64,000 bases of DNA, taken from positions 704,001 through 768,000 of the forward strand of contig OZ251518.1 of the NCBI GenBank assembly GCA_965242965.1, written 5' to 3'. Source of the DNA: Candidatus Poribacteria bacterium (lineage in GTDB: Bacteria > Poribacteria > WGA-4E > WGA-3G). The position numbers and the translations under genes were made by a program. Of this stretch, positions 28,997 to 42,400 are shown one piece after another. Under the pieces are notes generated by a model that had not been told where the DNA came from, ran no database searches, and worked only from the letters and a program-made list of their open reading frames with translations. Within the stretch, counting starts at the first letter, position 1. Each line of letters starts with the position of its first letter.

Positions 28997-30060
28997 CCGT
29001 AGGGCGAGGGCCTGTCCCTCGCCATGCCGGGGGATGGCGAGGGACGTTCCTCTATAGACATTCAGGCCGAGGGCTGTCCTGAAATCAGCGCAGCCTTGCG
29101 AACCAAAAGGTCTTAGGTCCTTTAGGACCTACATGTCTATAGCACACCGTGCTGGCCACTTTTCAAGGTCCTTTAGGTCCTTAATAATGGGAGATATGCC
29201 TTCGTCAAGCACATTAAGGTCCTACGGACCTTAGGATTTTTCATGTGCCGTTTTTCTATAGACATTAAGGTCTTACAGACCTTAAGAGGGACGACGAACG
29301 CTCGCGGGGGACAGGCCCCCGCGCTACGTAATAATGGCACGTTCCGCGGCCCGTAGGGCGAGGGCCTGTCCCTCGCCATGCCGGGGGATGGCGAGGGACG
29401 TTCCTCTATAGACATTCAGGCAGAGGGGCTGTCCTGAATCAGCGCAGCCTTGCAAACCAAAAGGGTCTTAGGTCCTTTAGGACCTTAATGTCTATAGCAC
29501 ACCGTGCTGGCCGCTTTTCAAGGTCCTTTAGGTCCTTAATAATGGGAGACAGGCCGTCGTAAAGCACATTAAGGTCCTACGGACCTTAGATTTTTCAGGT
29601 GCCGTTTTTCTATAGACATTAAGGTCTTACAGACCTTAAGAGGGACGACGAACGCTCGCGGGGGACAGGCCCCCGCGCTACGGTAAAAAAAACGTCCCCT
29701 TCACCGTAGGGCGAGGGCCTGTCCCTCGCCATGCCGGGGGATGGCGAGGGACGTTCCTCTATAGACATTCAGGCCGATGGGCTGTCCTGAATCAGCGCAG
29801 CCTTGCAAACCAAAGGGTCTTAGGTCCTTTAGGACCTTAATGTCTATAGCACACCGTGCTGGCCACTTTTCAAGGTCCTTTAGGTCCTTAATAATGGGAG
29901 ATATGCCTTCGTCAAGCACATTAAGGTCCTACGGACCTTAGGATTTTTCAGGTGCCGTTTTTCTATAGACATTAAGGTCTTACAGACCTTAAGAGGGACG
30001 ACGAACGATCGCGGGGGACAGGCCCCCGCGCTACGTAATAATGGCACGTTCCGCGGCCCG
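28997..30060. repeat. Three tandem ~354-bp composite repeat units (REP doublet plus CTATAG-associated hairpins)
   Basis: Units start near 28997, 29351 and 29703 with nearly identical sequence. Confidence 0.92.
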
Positions 30061-30277
30061 TAGGGCGAGGGCCTGTCCCTCGCCGTGCCTGGGTCTACCG
30101 GACGATCGCGGGGGACAGGCCCCCGCGCTACGGTAAAAAAACGTCTCCGCGCTACGATAAAAAAAGGGCCGCCGCGCGCGACGTGAGAAAAAAAACTGAA
30201 AAAATCGCGGAAAAGACCAAAAAAATCGCATTTTTATTATTTTTTTCACTTTTTTTCGTTTTTTTTTCAACTTTTTC

Positions 30278-30388
30278 TTGACAAAAAACGTCATATATGG
30301 CATAATTGACGCAAATAACGCAAAAATGTCAACCAACTCGCGGTTTTTGTCGATTTTTCTTGCATAAATCGCGCGAATAGGGTATCAT
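30278..30388 (+). promoter_or_regulatory. Tandem sigma70-like promoters of the giant gene, preceded by A/T tracts
   Basis: TTGACA-N17-CATAAT (30278-30306) and TTGCAT-N17-TATCAT (30360-30388); A and T runs at 30185-30277. Confidence 0.65.
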
Positions 30389-30437
30389 TTAGCAAATTCT
30401 GACGCAATAGAGGAGAAAAACGTGAAGAATCGCTCTC

Positions 30438-33400
30438 ATGGATACTCCGGCAACGTTGTTAAGGAAGCACGCGGCAATAATATCCGCGCTCAACAAAGCT
30501 TGCACACGCAAAACGTGGGCGAGCCAATCGCGTTCTCGCGTTCAAAAAATGACTATGCATTACACAGATCGGGACTTAACCCCCCCCTTAACTATACGGA
30601 TGTTAACCTCCGATACACCAGAGCGACGCGCCGGTGAAATCGGGGGCCATCGAGACCAGGAGGTCTTGCCTACGGTGGTGCATCGAGACCAGGAGGTCTC
30701 GCCTACCGGGATATTGCATCGAGGCCAGGAGGTCTCGCCTACGGGGAGCAATCGGGACGCTCGCCGCCGAATATCGGTTGCGGGGCTACTCGCGTTCGCG
30801 CTCGCCTGCGCGCTATTCGCATTGCCACACAATGCCGCCGCGCAAATACTCGCGGGAGGCTATGGCCCAAGCGGTTTCACACCGGCGGCACTGTTTCGGA
30901 ATACCACGCCACGCTTTGTCACAACCTACGAGGACAATCGGTTCGTGATGCGGCTGACCACGGGGCCCGGCGGCTATCTCTATGACTCGCGAAATCCGAG
31001 CGGAGACGGCTCGAACATCCGCTTTGAGATACTGCGCGATACTTACCACGACAGTCAGTCTAACGTTGTGACCGGCTGGTGGGGAGATAATTCCCACTTC
31101 GAAGTGCTGAATACCGCAAGAGATGGATACCAGCGCGGCACAATCCTATTCAAGACTGCTCCAGACTACGAAAATCCGACCGACAGGCGGCTTAGGTACC
31201 AAAGACATCAACCGCTGAGGAACCCCTGGTTGCCGCACCTCGGGCGTGAAGAATCGCCCTGGTACACCCGGTCTTATCGGGAGGATAACCAATATTGGCT
31301 CTCGGTCCGCGTCACGCTTGACGGGGTCGCGGGCGCGCATCCTACCTATCTCACAATACCTGTCTATGTTGAGAAAGACCTGGATAAGGAACCCCCGGTT
31401 TTCCGGGACACTTTGCCCTCCCTTTTCCATGTTACCGAAAATCACAGACTCGTGACGCAATTGCGACTTGGGGGCAGCAATGCGCATATCTATGATCTCG
31501 CGAACCCGCAAGGACAAAGCGAAGGCCGCTCAATAACCCTCGGCATCACAAGCTGGGGTGATGGCGGCAAGTTTAGCGTCTTTAACAGCCCGAGTGGTAT
31601 CTACGGCAGAGGTGCAATCGTATTCAACGCTGCACCCGACAAGGAGAATCCAACCGACATACTCATCGCTGGGACCTCGCCGGCGGGTAACAACGGCTAT
31701 CACTTGGAACTCTCCGCCAGCGTGACAGACAGACTCGGCGCAACGCATACCTCAAAGCAGAAGCTGATTGTTCGTGTTGTGAACGAATGGGACACGCCGC
31801 CGCAGAAACCCATCAACCTCCGGCAGACCGCGGTGGGCTCCGGCTCGGGCGAAGCCGGGCGCACGGTGACACTCAAGTGGACCCAGCCTGTTATTCAGAG
31901 TAGAGATGACGCGCCTTGGAAATACCTGGTCCAAGTGTGGGGGTGGGATCCTGACCGGCGTGTGCTCAGCACCTTTATTAACATCCCGAGATTTGATTTC
32001 CAGCAGCCCGGTATCCCAGAACAAGAACATCAGATTGTGCTGCCGAGCAACGGTATCTTTCTCGTCCAGGTTAAACCGTCAAATCGGCGAGACGGCACGC
32101 CTTCAGACAAGATACCCGTGGTGACGAACGGCGTGAACACGAACCCGGCATTTAGCAGCGGGACCCAGTTCTGGATTCCCGAGCACCAGACTCGCGTATC
32201 GAATTTCACTGCCGCTGCAACCGATGCCGATCCAGAAGACAGAAGGATACGTTATGAATTGAACACAACGTTCGGTGATGCCGCGCTGTTCCAAATCGAC
32301 AGCACTACCGGTGCATTCTCTTTCCGTCAACCACCGGACTATGAAAACCCGCGCGACGTGAAGACAGTCTTAAGCAGCTTCCAGACATCCCCTGCGGGAG
32401 ACAACGTCTATCTCGTCAAATTCAAAGCGACAGGCGATGTCCCGGATACCTACAAATCTTACACGGTAGGCTATAAACCGAGTCCTGACCGGGCGCGCAG
32501 CACCGAGCAGCTAGTGACTATCACCGTTTTCGATGTAATAGAGCATCTCGGCACGCCTGACGCGCCAACGGTGACAGTGTCAGCTCAGGTGGACACGAAC
32601 GGTAGGAATAAACTGCTCGTGCGTTGGGATGCCCCTGATAACACTGGCCCGCCGATTATCGGCTACGATCTGCAGTATCGCGATACTGCTACACTGCCAT
32701 TCACCGGGAACGGCAACGATGTGGCTTTCACTGGTGCCGGCACCTCCCTCATCTACGCGCGCTCCAACGGCAATGTGAATTATCAGTTCCGCGTCAGGGC
32801 GAAGAACAACGATGGCAAAAGCCTCTGGTCTGACTGGGGGAGCGTCGTCATTAATACGCCGCCAGTTTTCAGCAGTGCGAACACCGCCAACGTTGCTGAA
32901 AATACGACAAGCACGGGCATCACGGTGACTGCCACCGATGCCGATACAGGCGATACTGCACCCCGTTATGCGATAACCGGTGGTGTTGATGCCGGGAAGT
33001 TTACGCTGGATAGCACCACCGGCGTGCTCACATTCACGAACGCACCCGACTATGATAACCCCACCGATCTGGCAAGCACGGATCCGGTGAATGCAGCGAA
33101 CAACAACGTCTATCTCGTCCAGGTGACAGCGACGAGTGGGGTGGCACCGCGCCTCGCCACTGCCTCGCAATTGATTACCGTGACGGTGACAAACGTGATT
33201 GAACCGCCCGGGACACCTGACGCGCCGACGGTAGTCTCAGGTTTTTCCGCCAACTCTATCCTGCTCCTGAACGTCACATGGACTGCTCCCTCCAATACGG
33301 GTCCGGCGATTGACGATTACGATGTCCGGTACCGCTTCAAAGTCACGAGTGGAAATCCGATTCCGTGGACAGATGCGGGACATACCGGCACCGCCACATC

Positions 33401-36400
33401 TCTGCAGCTCACGAATGCGCTGAATAACACCACTTATGAGGTGCAAGTGCGCGCACACAATACGGAAGGCTGGAGCCCCTGGTCTGACTCCGGGGAGGAG
33501 ACAGCCATTGACAATAATGCCCCGCGGTTTACGATGAGTAGCACCAGCTTCGAAGTGCCCGAGCATTACTACAAACCGTGGCGAAAAATTGCGCAACTTA
33601 CCGCCGTGGACGATGACAACTTGGATGACGTTCGCAGCTTCAGTATTGTCGGTGGTGCCGATGCACAGAAATTCAAATTATTTTCTTCTGGCCAGTTGTG
33701 GTGGGATTTTTTTATCAACAGACTCCCCGCGCCTGACTACGAAAATCCCGTGGATGCGGCGAGCACCACAGTGCCCAAAGCGACTGCAGGCGATAATGTC
33801 TATAGCATTGTTGTTCAAGTTGAGAGCGAGGGGATTGCGCCCGGGATGACCGCTCAACAACGAGTCGCAAGGCGCAGGAGCACACGCCAGACACTTACCA
33901 TCACGGTGACAGACGTGGATGAGCCACCCGGGGCACTTACCTCACTTGCGGCGCAACCTCATAGTTCTAATGAGACGCATCTGGATGTGTCTTGGCAGCC
34001 CCCGAACATGACAGGGAAACCGCCGATCACCGGCTATGATGTGCGGTATCGGAAGCAGGGCACTACTGCCTGGTCGATTGTCAGTGCGAAGTATGTTCCT
34101 CTCTTTGCAGGCGCGTCGCGGACGGGTGCCCTGTTGAACGTCGGCCAGGATACTGGCACCGGTGACAAATACATCGTGCTGGACAGGTTGACGAAAAGTA
34201 CCACGTATGAGGTGCAGCTGCGCGCCAAGAACGATGAAGGCAAGGGCCCTTGGTCTGACTCTGCAACCGCTACGACGAACGCGCAACCGACGGTTACCCC
34301 CACCAGTTTTACGGTGCAGGAAAATCAACGCAGTGTTGGAACGTTCTCAGTTACCGATAGCGACCAGCAAGACAACGCCTATATCACTTACGCTATCCCC
34401 GCGATCTCTGTCTCCCTCAGCCCAGACCACGCGCAATTCACGGTAGATGCGCAGGGCAATCTGCAAACGGTGTCGGCGAGTGGCTTGGACTATGAAAACC
34501 CGACATCTGCCAGCGGCACCAATACATATACCTTTACGTTGCAGGTGCGGAGCGGACCAGCTGCGAATCATAAGCGGAATCGCATAAGTTTGCCGACTAT
34601 CACCGTAACGGTAACGAACGGAAACGAACTCCCTGGGAAGCCTAGTCCACCCGGGGTGTCCCCTGCGCCTGCTAGTAATTCCAAGTTAGACGTGACTTGG
34701 AGTGCGCCGAGCAACCCGGGTCCTGCGATAAAATACTACAATCTGCGGTATCGGAAAGGCACCACAGGCAGTTTTACAGTGTTGAATGCCAACATTCTGC
34801 CTCCTAGCGGGGGAGCTGTTCCGGCGCGGCGGCTCACGGGTTTGCAGGCGGATAGCAGTTATGAGGTGCAAGTGCGCGCCGTGAACGGCGAGGGCAGCGG
34901 CCCCTGGTCTGACTCTGGGACCGGCAGGACGAATGCTGCTGGTGCAGATCCGCTAACGGATAATCAGGTACCGCGGTTTACCAGTAACGCGAGTTTTTCT
35001 GTCGTTGAGAATACGACAGCGGTAGGGACGGTGACGGCGACAGATGCGGATACACAGGATAACGTCACCGGCTATACCCTCGGTGGCGCGGATAGTTCAA
35101 AGTTCCAGATTACCGGCGGTGGTGTGTTAACTTTCATAACCGCACCCGACCATGAAGCCCCGGTCTCAACCGATAGCTCAAACCTCTATATCGTCACCGT
35201 CACTGCGTCAAGCGGTGTCGGGAATAGAGCGCGGACAGCGAGCCAGGTCGTTTCTGTAACGGTGACAGACGTGCCGCCTCCGACTGCCCCCGATTCCATT
35301 GATGTCAGACCTACTTCGGGCACCTCTTTGACTTTGAGTTGGAGTGCGGCTTCAACAACCGCCGGGTATGCTGTGACGGATTACGATGTTCGTTATAGTG
35401 GGGATAGTGGGACTACGTGGACAGATGTGGCGCACGACACTGACGCTAGAAGCGCGACGATCTCGTCGTTGTCTTCCAATATTGATTACTCGATACAAGT
35501 GCGTGCGACAAGTTATGAAGGCACGGGCCCCTGGTCTCCCTCCGCTACCGGGTGGACGAATGCGCCCCCGGTGGTAACCGCGGATAAACTCTACACGGTA
35601 GTCGAAAACAGTCCTCCGTCGACCACAATTGCGACGTTTACGGCTAGCGATGCGGATTCGCGGGATGGCACGCCGACGCTGGTGCTTGAGGGTGCCGATA
35701 AAAGTCAGTTCGTGCTTTCTTCGTCAGGGGTGTTAACCTTCAAGGTGGCACCTAATTTTGAAAGACCCACGGATGTGCTTAATACGGCTCCGACGGCACC
35801 GGCGGATCGTTCTGAGCATTGGGATAACGACTATAGTCTGCGGGTCAAGGCGACGAGTGGCACGGGGCAGCGGTTGGCAAGCACATATACCCCGTGGTTT
35901 AAAGTGCGTGTGACAAACATTCCGCCGCCGGAGAAACCGGCTGCCCCGACGCTCACGGCGGCTTCTGCCACGCCTAGCGAGTTGGGTGTGACCTGGACTG
36001 CGCCGACGACAACGAGTGGGTATCCGATAACCGACTACGATTTGCGGTTTCGGAGAGTCACCAGCGAGAACAACGGTATTTACGCGTATCCCCGGCACAG
36101 CGGGACTAGCAGAACAAAAACTTTGAGGTATTTGGCGACTGGGACAGCGTATGAGGTGCAGGTGCGCGCGAGAAATAGTGAGGGCACTGGCCCCTGGTCG
36201 GATGTTGCGCAGCGTTCGACCGCGGCGAATGCTGCACCTACGTTCAGCACCACTGCGTTCTCGGTAAACGAAGGGCTATCCACTGTCGGCACCGTGATTG
36301 CAACCGATTCGGATTCTGCCGATTCGGTTGTGAAGTATGAGATAGGTGGCGGTTCGGATAGCGCGAAGTTCTCCATCGTTGAAGAGGGGGAAAATGCCGG

Positions 36401-39400
36401 GAAGTTGACTTTCGTCTCGCTTCCCGATTTCGAGAATCCGACAGATATTGCGCATAGCGCGCCGACACCGACGAATGCTGCGGCGAACAACGAGTATATC
36501 GTTTTCATCGTGGCGACGAGCGGCACAGCCGCGCGCGAAGAGCAAACGTATCAGCGCATCACCGTGACGGTGAATGACGTGAACGAAGCACCTGTTTTAA
36601 GTCCCATCACGCTCAGCGCGGTTGAGGAGAATACCACGGCGGTGACGACAGTAACCGCAACAGACCCGGATGAGACATCGGGTGGAGAGGCGAGGGATGT
36701 CATCACCTATACGCTCAGCGGTGCCGATAGTGGGAAGTTTCAGATTACACCGGAGGGTGTGTTGACGTTCGTCACGGCACCGGATTTTGAGAACCCCGGC
36801 GATGTCCTCAGTACCACCCCGACGAATCCAGCATCGGATAACGAGTATGTTGTGGTTGTGACAGCGACGAGTGCGGCGGGAACGCCGCGGGAGTTATCTG
36901 CTCCATCGCGCACGCTGATCGTGGAGGTATCCGATGCCCTCGAGCCGCCGGCTGCACCCGATGCACCGTCGGTGTCCGCGGTGACAGGCTGGCCTGATAA
37001 GTTAGACGTGACATGGACTGCACCGGCGAACACCGGGAAGCCGGCGATACTGCATTACCATGTCCAGTATCAAAAGAGTGGTGCGGCGGATTGGACATCG
37101 CATAGTAGCGAGATAGCTGCAGCCACTACCACGTTGCGCATCACGGGGTTAGAGAGCGGTGCGTCCTATAACGTGCAGGTGCGCGCCGATAATGTCGAGG
37201 GTGAAGGCACCTGGTCGCGCTCGGGCACCGGCACAACAAACGCGCTGACATCGTGGCTGCCGCAGTTCGGTTCTGTCGATCCGACGTATCCGGTGGCAGA
37301 GAATACGACAGCGGTGGGGACAATCACGGCGACAGATGCCACGAATGCCGACGTGACATTCTCTATTCCGGGGACAGATACTGCTGGCGGCGTGGATAGA
37401 GCGAAGTTCTCCATTACCGCGGGCGGCGTGTTAACGTTCAATACCGCGCCGAATTATGAAGATGCGCAGGATGCTGAGAGCACATCGCCTGCTAATGCGG
37501 CGGGTAATAACGAATATATCGTCAAAGTGGAAGCGGCGGCGAGTGGCCGTGGAAGTGCCACGCAGACAGTCACCGTGCGCGTGACAGACGTTGATGAGGA
37601 ACCCGGCAAACCGCTTGCACCGACGGTGAGAGCAGCGACTGCCACGCCGACGAAATTAAGCGTCACCTGGACAGCACCTACAAACACGGGACCTGATATT
37701 AACGACTACGATGTGCAGTATCGCGCCGGTAGCACCGGGCAGTTCACCGATGCAAGTTACGATGGCACGGGCACTTCCACAACGTTGACAGGTTTGACGC
37801 AGGGGACAGCGTATGAGGTGCAGGTGCGCGCGACGAATCCTGAAGACACGGGCTCCTGGTCTGACAGCGGCAGCGCGACAACAGCGGGGAATGCGAAGCC
37901 GAGTTTTACTACGATGGCTTTCTCGGTCGTGGAGAACATCACCGGCGTAGGGACGGTAACAGCCACCGATAGTGATTCCGGTGATAGTATCACGCGATAT
38001 GCGATAACAGGTGGTGCGGATAGCACGAAGTTTTCGATAACGGAGACCGGCGCGAACATCGGGAAATTGGTGTTCAGTGCTGCGCCCGATTTTGAAGCGA
38101 ACGGTTCGGCGGCGAGTAATAACAGTTACAAGGTGGAAATTACGGCGACGAGCGGCACAGCAGACCGGCAGGCGACGACAGCGGCGACGTTCACCATCAC
38201 GGTGACAAACGCGGTGGAGAAGCCAATCGCACCGGGGAGGCCCACAGTGGAAGCGGTTACGACGAACCCGGCGGCGTTGAGTGTGAGTTGGAGTGCGCCT
38301 GCGAATGCAGGGAAGCCAGCGATAACCGGGTATCAGTTGCAGTATCGCAAGGGGAGCACGGGAACTTTCTCGTCAGCGGCGGGGACGGTGACAGGGACAT
38401 CGACGACGCTGCGAGGATTGGATACCGGCACCTCGTATCAGGTGCGGGTGCAGGCGACGAACGCCGATGGAGATAGCACCTGGTCTGACCCGGGCACCGG
38501 CACAACGGCGACGAATGTGAAACCCACTTTCTCATCGACAACCCTCTCGGTTGCGGAAAACGAAACGACGGTAGACACCGTCACTGCCACCGATAGCGAT
38601 GCGAGTGATAGCGTCACGCGGTATCAGATAACGGGTGGTGCAGACCGGGCGAAGTTTTCGATTACGGAGACAGGGACGAATATTGGGAAATTGGTATTTG
38701 ATTCGGCACCGGATTACGAGGCAAGTGCCTCGGCGGCGGGTAATAACACCTACAAGATCCACATTACGGTGACGAGCGGCACCGGTGCCCGGCAGTTGAC
38801 AACGGCTCGCGCGTTCACCATCACGGTGACAGACGCGCCGGAACCACCGGCTGCCCCCGGCACACCGTCGGTGTCCGCGGTGACAGGCTGGCCCGATAGG
38901 TTAGACGTGACATGGACAGCACCGGCAAACACCGGCAAGCCTGCGATACAACACTACCATGTGCGATATGGCGTGGATGAAGCCACGGTGAGTTGGACAG
39001 AGAAAACCGGGACAGCAGATGAGATTACGGGAACGCTGACAACGCGCCTAACGGGGTTATCGTCCGGCGAGACCTATCAGGTGCAGGTGCGTGCCGATAA
39101 TGCCGAGGGAACAGGCACCTGGTCGCGCTCGGGCAAAGGCACGACAACTGCGCTGACAGCGTTGCTGCCGCCGGCGTTCGGTTCTGTCAATCCTCTAACG
39201 TATGATGTAGAGGAGAATACGACAGCGGTGGGGACAATCACGCCGACGAATACCCGGGTGACGTTCTCTATTCCAACGACAGCTGCCACCGGCGGCGTGG
39301 ATAGAGCGAAGTTCTCCATTACGTCTAACGGCGTGTTGACGTTCGTTACCGCGCCGGATTATGAAAATGCGCAGGATCTTGCAAGCACCTCGCCTAGCAA

Positions 39401-42400
39401 TGCAGCGGGTAACAACGAATATATCGTGAAGGTGAAAGCGGCGGCGAGTGGCTGGGGGAGTGTCACGCAGACAGTCCTTGTAACGGTGACAAACGCGCTT
39501 GAACCACCGGCTGCCCCCGGCACACCGTCGGTGTCCGCGGTGGAAAACTGGCCCGATAGGTTAGACGTGACATGGATAGCACCGTTGAATACCGGCAAGC
39601 CGGCAATACAACACTACCATGTGCGTTATGGCGTAGATGGAGCCTCGGTGACTTGGACAGAGAAAACCGGGACAGCCGATGAGATTACGGGGACGCTGAC
39701 AACGCGCCTGACAGGGTTAGCATCTGGCGAGACATATCAGGTGCAGGTGCGCGCCGATAATGCCGAGGGGACAGGCACCTGGTCGCGCTCGGGCACGGGG
39801 ACAACAAACGCGCTGACATCGTGGCTGCCGCAGTTCGGCAGTGTAGATCCGACTTATGATGTGGCGGAGAATACGACAGCGGTGCAGACAATCACGGCAA
39901 CAGATGCCACGAATGCCCAAATAACGTTCTCTATTCCGGGGACGGATGCCACCGGTGGCGTGGATAGAGCCAAGTTCTCTATTACCGCGGGAGGTGTGTT
40001 GACATTTGTAGCCGCGCCGAATTATGAAGATGCGCAGGATGCTGAAAGCACATCGCCAGTTAACGCGGCGGGTAATAACGAATATATTGTGAAGGTGCAA
40101 GCCGCGGCGAGTGGTAGGGGGAGTGCCACGCAGACAGTCACCGTGCGCGTGACAAACGTTAGAGAGAAACCCGGCAAGCCGCTTGCACCGACGGTGAGGG
40201 CGGCGGATGCCACGCCGACGAAATTGAGTGTCACCTGGGCTGCACCTACAAACACGGGACCGGCAATTGACGACTACGATGTGCAGTATCGCGCCGGTAG
40301 CACAGGGTTATTCACCGATGCGAGTTACGATGGCACGGGCACTTCCACAACGCTGACAGGTTTGACGCAGGGGACACTGTATGAGGTGCAGGTGCGCGCG
40401 ACGAGTGATGAAGGCACGGGCTCCTGGTCTGACAGCGGCAGCGCGACGACAGCGGGGAATGCGAAGCCGAGTTTCACCACGACAGCCCTCTCCGTTGAGG
40501 AAAACCTCACCAGCGTAGGGACGGTAACAGCCACTGATAGCGATATCGGTGATAGCATCGCGGGGTATGCGATAACGGGTGGTGCGGATGAAACGAAGTT
40601 TTCGATAACGGCATCGACAGGCGCGTTGGTTTTCCAAACCGCACCGGATTTTGAGGCGAACGGTTCGGCGGCGAGTAATAACAGTTACAAGGTGGAAATT
40701 ACGGCGACGAGCGGCACCGGCGCGCGACTCGCAACGAAAGCGGCGACGTTTACCATCACGGTGACAAATGCAATGGAGAAGCCAATCGCACCGGGGATGC
40801 CCACAGTGAACGGGGTTGCGACGAATCCGGCGGCGTTGAGTGTGAGTTGGAGTGCACCTGCCAACGCGGGCAAGCCGGCGATAACCGGGTATCAGTTGCA
40901 GTATCGCAAGGGGAGCGAGAATTTCACGTTGGCGGCAGGAACGGTGACAGGGACATCAACGACGCTGCGCGGGTTGGATACCGGCACATCGTATGATGTG
41001 GAGGTGCGCGCCGTGAACGTCGATGGCGAGAGCCCCTGGTCTGACACCGGCACCGGCACAACGACGACGAATGTGAAGCCGAGTTTCACGAGTAGCGCGA
41101 CGTTCTCGGTTGTGGAAAATACCACAGCGGTAGGCACTGTCACTGCCACCGATAGCGATACCGATGATAGTGTCACGGGATATGCAGTCACCGGTGGTGC
41201 GGATAGCGCGAAGTTTTCGATAACGGCATCGACAGGCGCATTGGTATTCAGTGCTGCACCCGATTACGAGGCGAATGCCTCCGCCGCAGGGAATAATACC
41301 TACAAGGTCCAAGTCACGGCGACGAGCGGCACCGGTGCCCGGCAGACAACAGCCGCGCAGGCGATTACCGTGACGGTGACAGATGCCACCGAGAAGCCGT
41401 TAGTCCCCACCGGGCTTAAGATAACAGCGACGACGCTCACGAGTCTCACGGCTGGCTGGAATGCGCCGAATAATGTAGGGAGGCCCGCGCTGCGCGGTTA
41501 TGATGTTACGTATCGGCAAGGGAACAGCGGCGCATGGACAGATGCAGGGCACACCGGTGTCGGCACATCGCAGATGCTGAGTTCGTTGACATCGGGGAGG
41601 AGTTATCAGGTGCGGGTGCTCGCGAAAAATGACGATGGTTCAAGTGGTTGGACATCGCCTGTCACCGGCACCACGGAGACAGACACCGCCCCGAGTTTCA
41701 CCAGTGCGGCAAGTTTCTCGCTTGATGAAAACACGACAACTGTCGGCACGGTAGTCGCCACTGATAGCGATTCCGGTGATAGTATCTTGCGGTATGCGAT
41801 AACCGGTGGTGCAGATCAGGCGAAGTTTTCGATTACGGAGACCGGCGCGAACATCGGGAAATTGGTGTTCAGTGCTGCGCCGGATCACGAGGCGAAGGCC
41901 TCCGCCGCAGGAAACAATACCTACAAAGTCCAAGTCACGGCGACGAGCGGTCAGGGCACTCGCAGTCTTTCAACGGCGCAGAGCATTACTGTCACCGTTA
42001 ACAATGTCAACGAGCCGCCTGCGAAGCCTGGCACACCGGTAGTGCAAGCAGTCGCCTACTACGTCGATAAGTTAGATGTGAGTTGGGACCCACCAACGAA
42101 CACCGGGAAGCCGGCGATACTGCATTACCATGTCCAGTATCAAAAGAGTAGTGCGACGAATTGGACATTGCACAGTAGCGAGATAGCTGCAGGCACTACC
42201 ACGTTGCGCCTCACGGGGTTAGAGGCCAGTGCCACCTATAACGTGCAGGTGCGCGCCGATAATAACGAGGGAGAAGGCACCTGGTCTAATTCCGGGATTG
42301 GTACGACGAATGCGAATGCGGTGTTACTGCCGACGTTCGACCCGCCCGAAGGAACAGGCGGTGATGGGCCAACAATAGACCCGCCATCAGGCGTTGATGC

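Noticed and set aside
23285-30060. Classical integron
   Set aside because: No IntI tyrosine recombinase and no recognisable RYYYAAC...GTTRRRY attC boundaries; kept only as an analogy.
28997-30135. Possible CRISPR array
   Set aside because: The intervening sequences are themselves repeated, repeats alternate in orientation, spacing is irregular and no cas genes are present.
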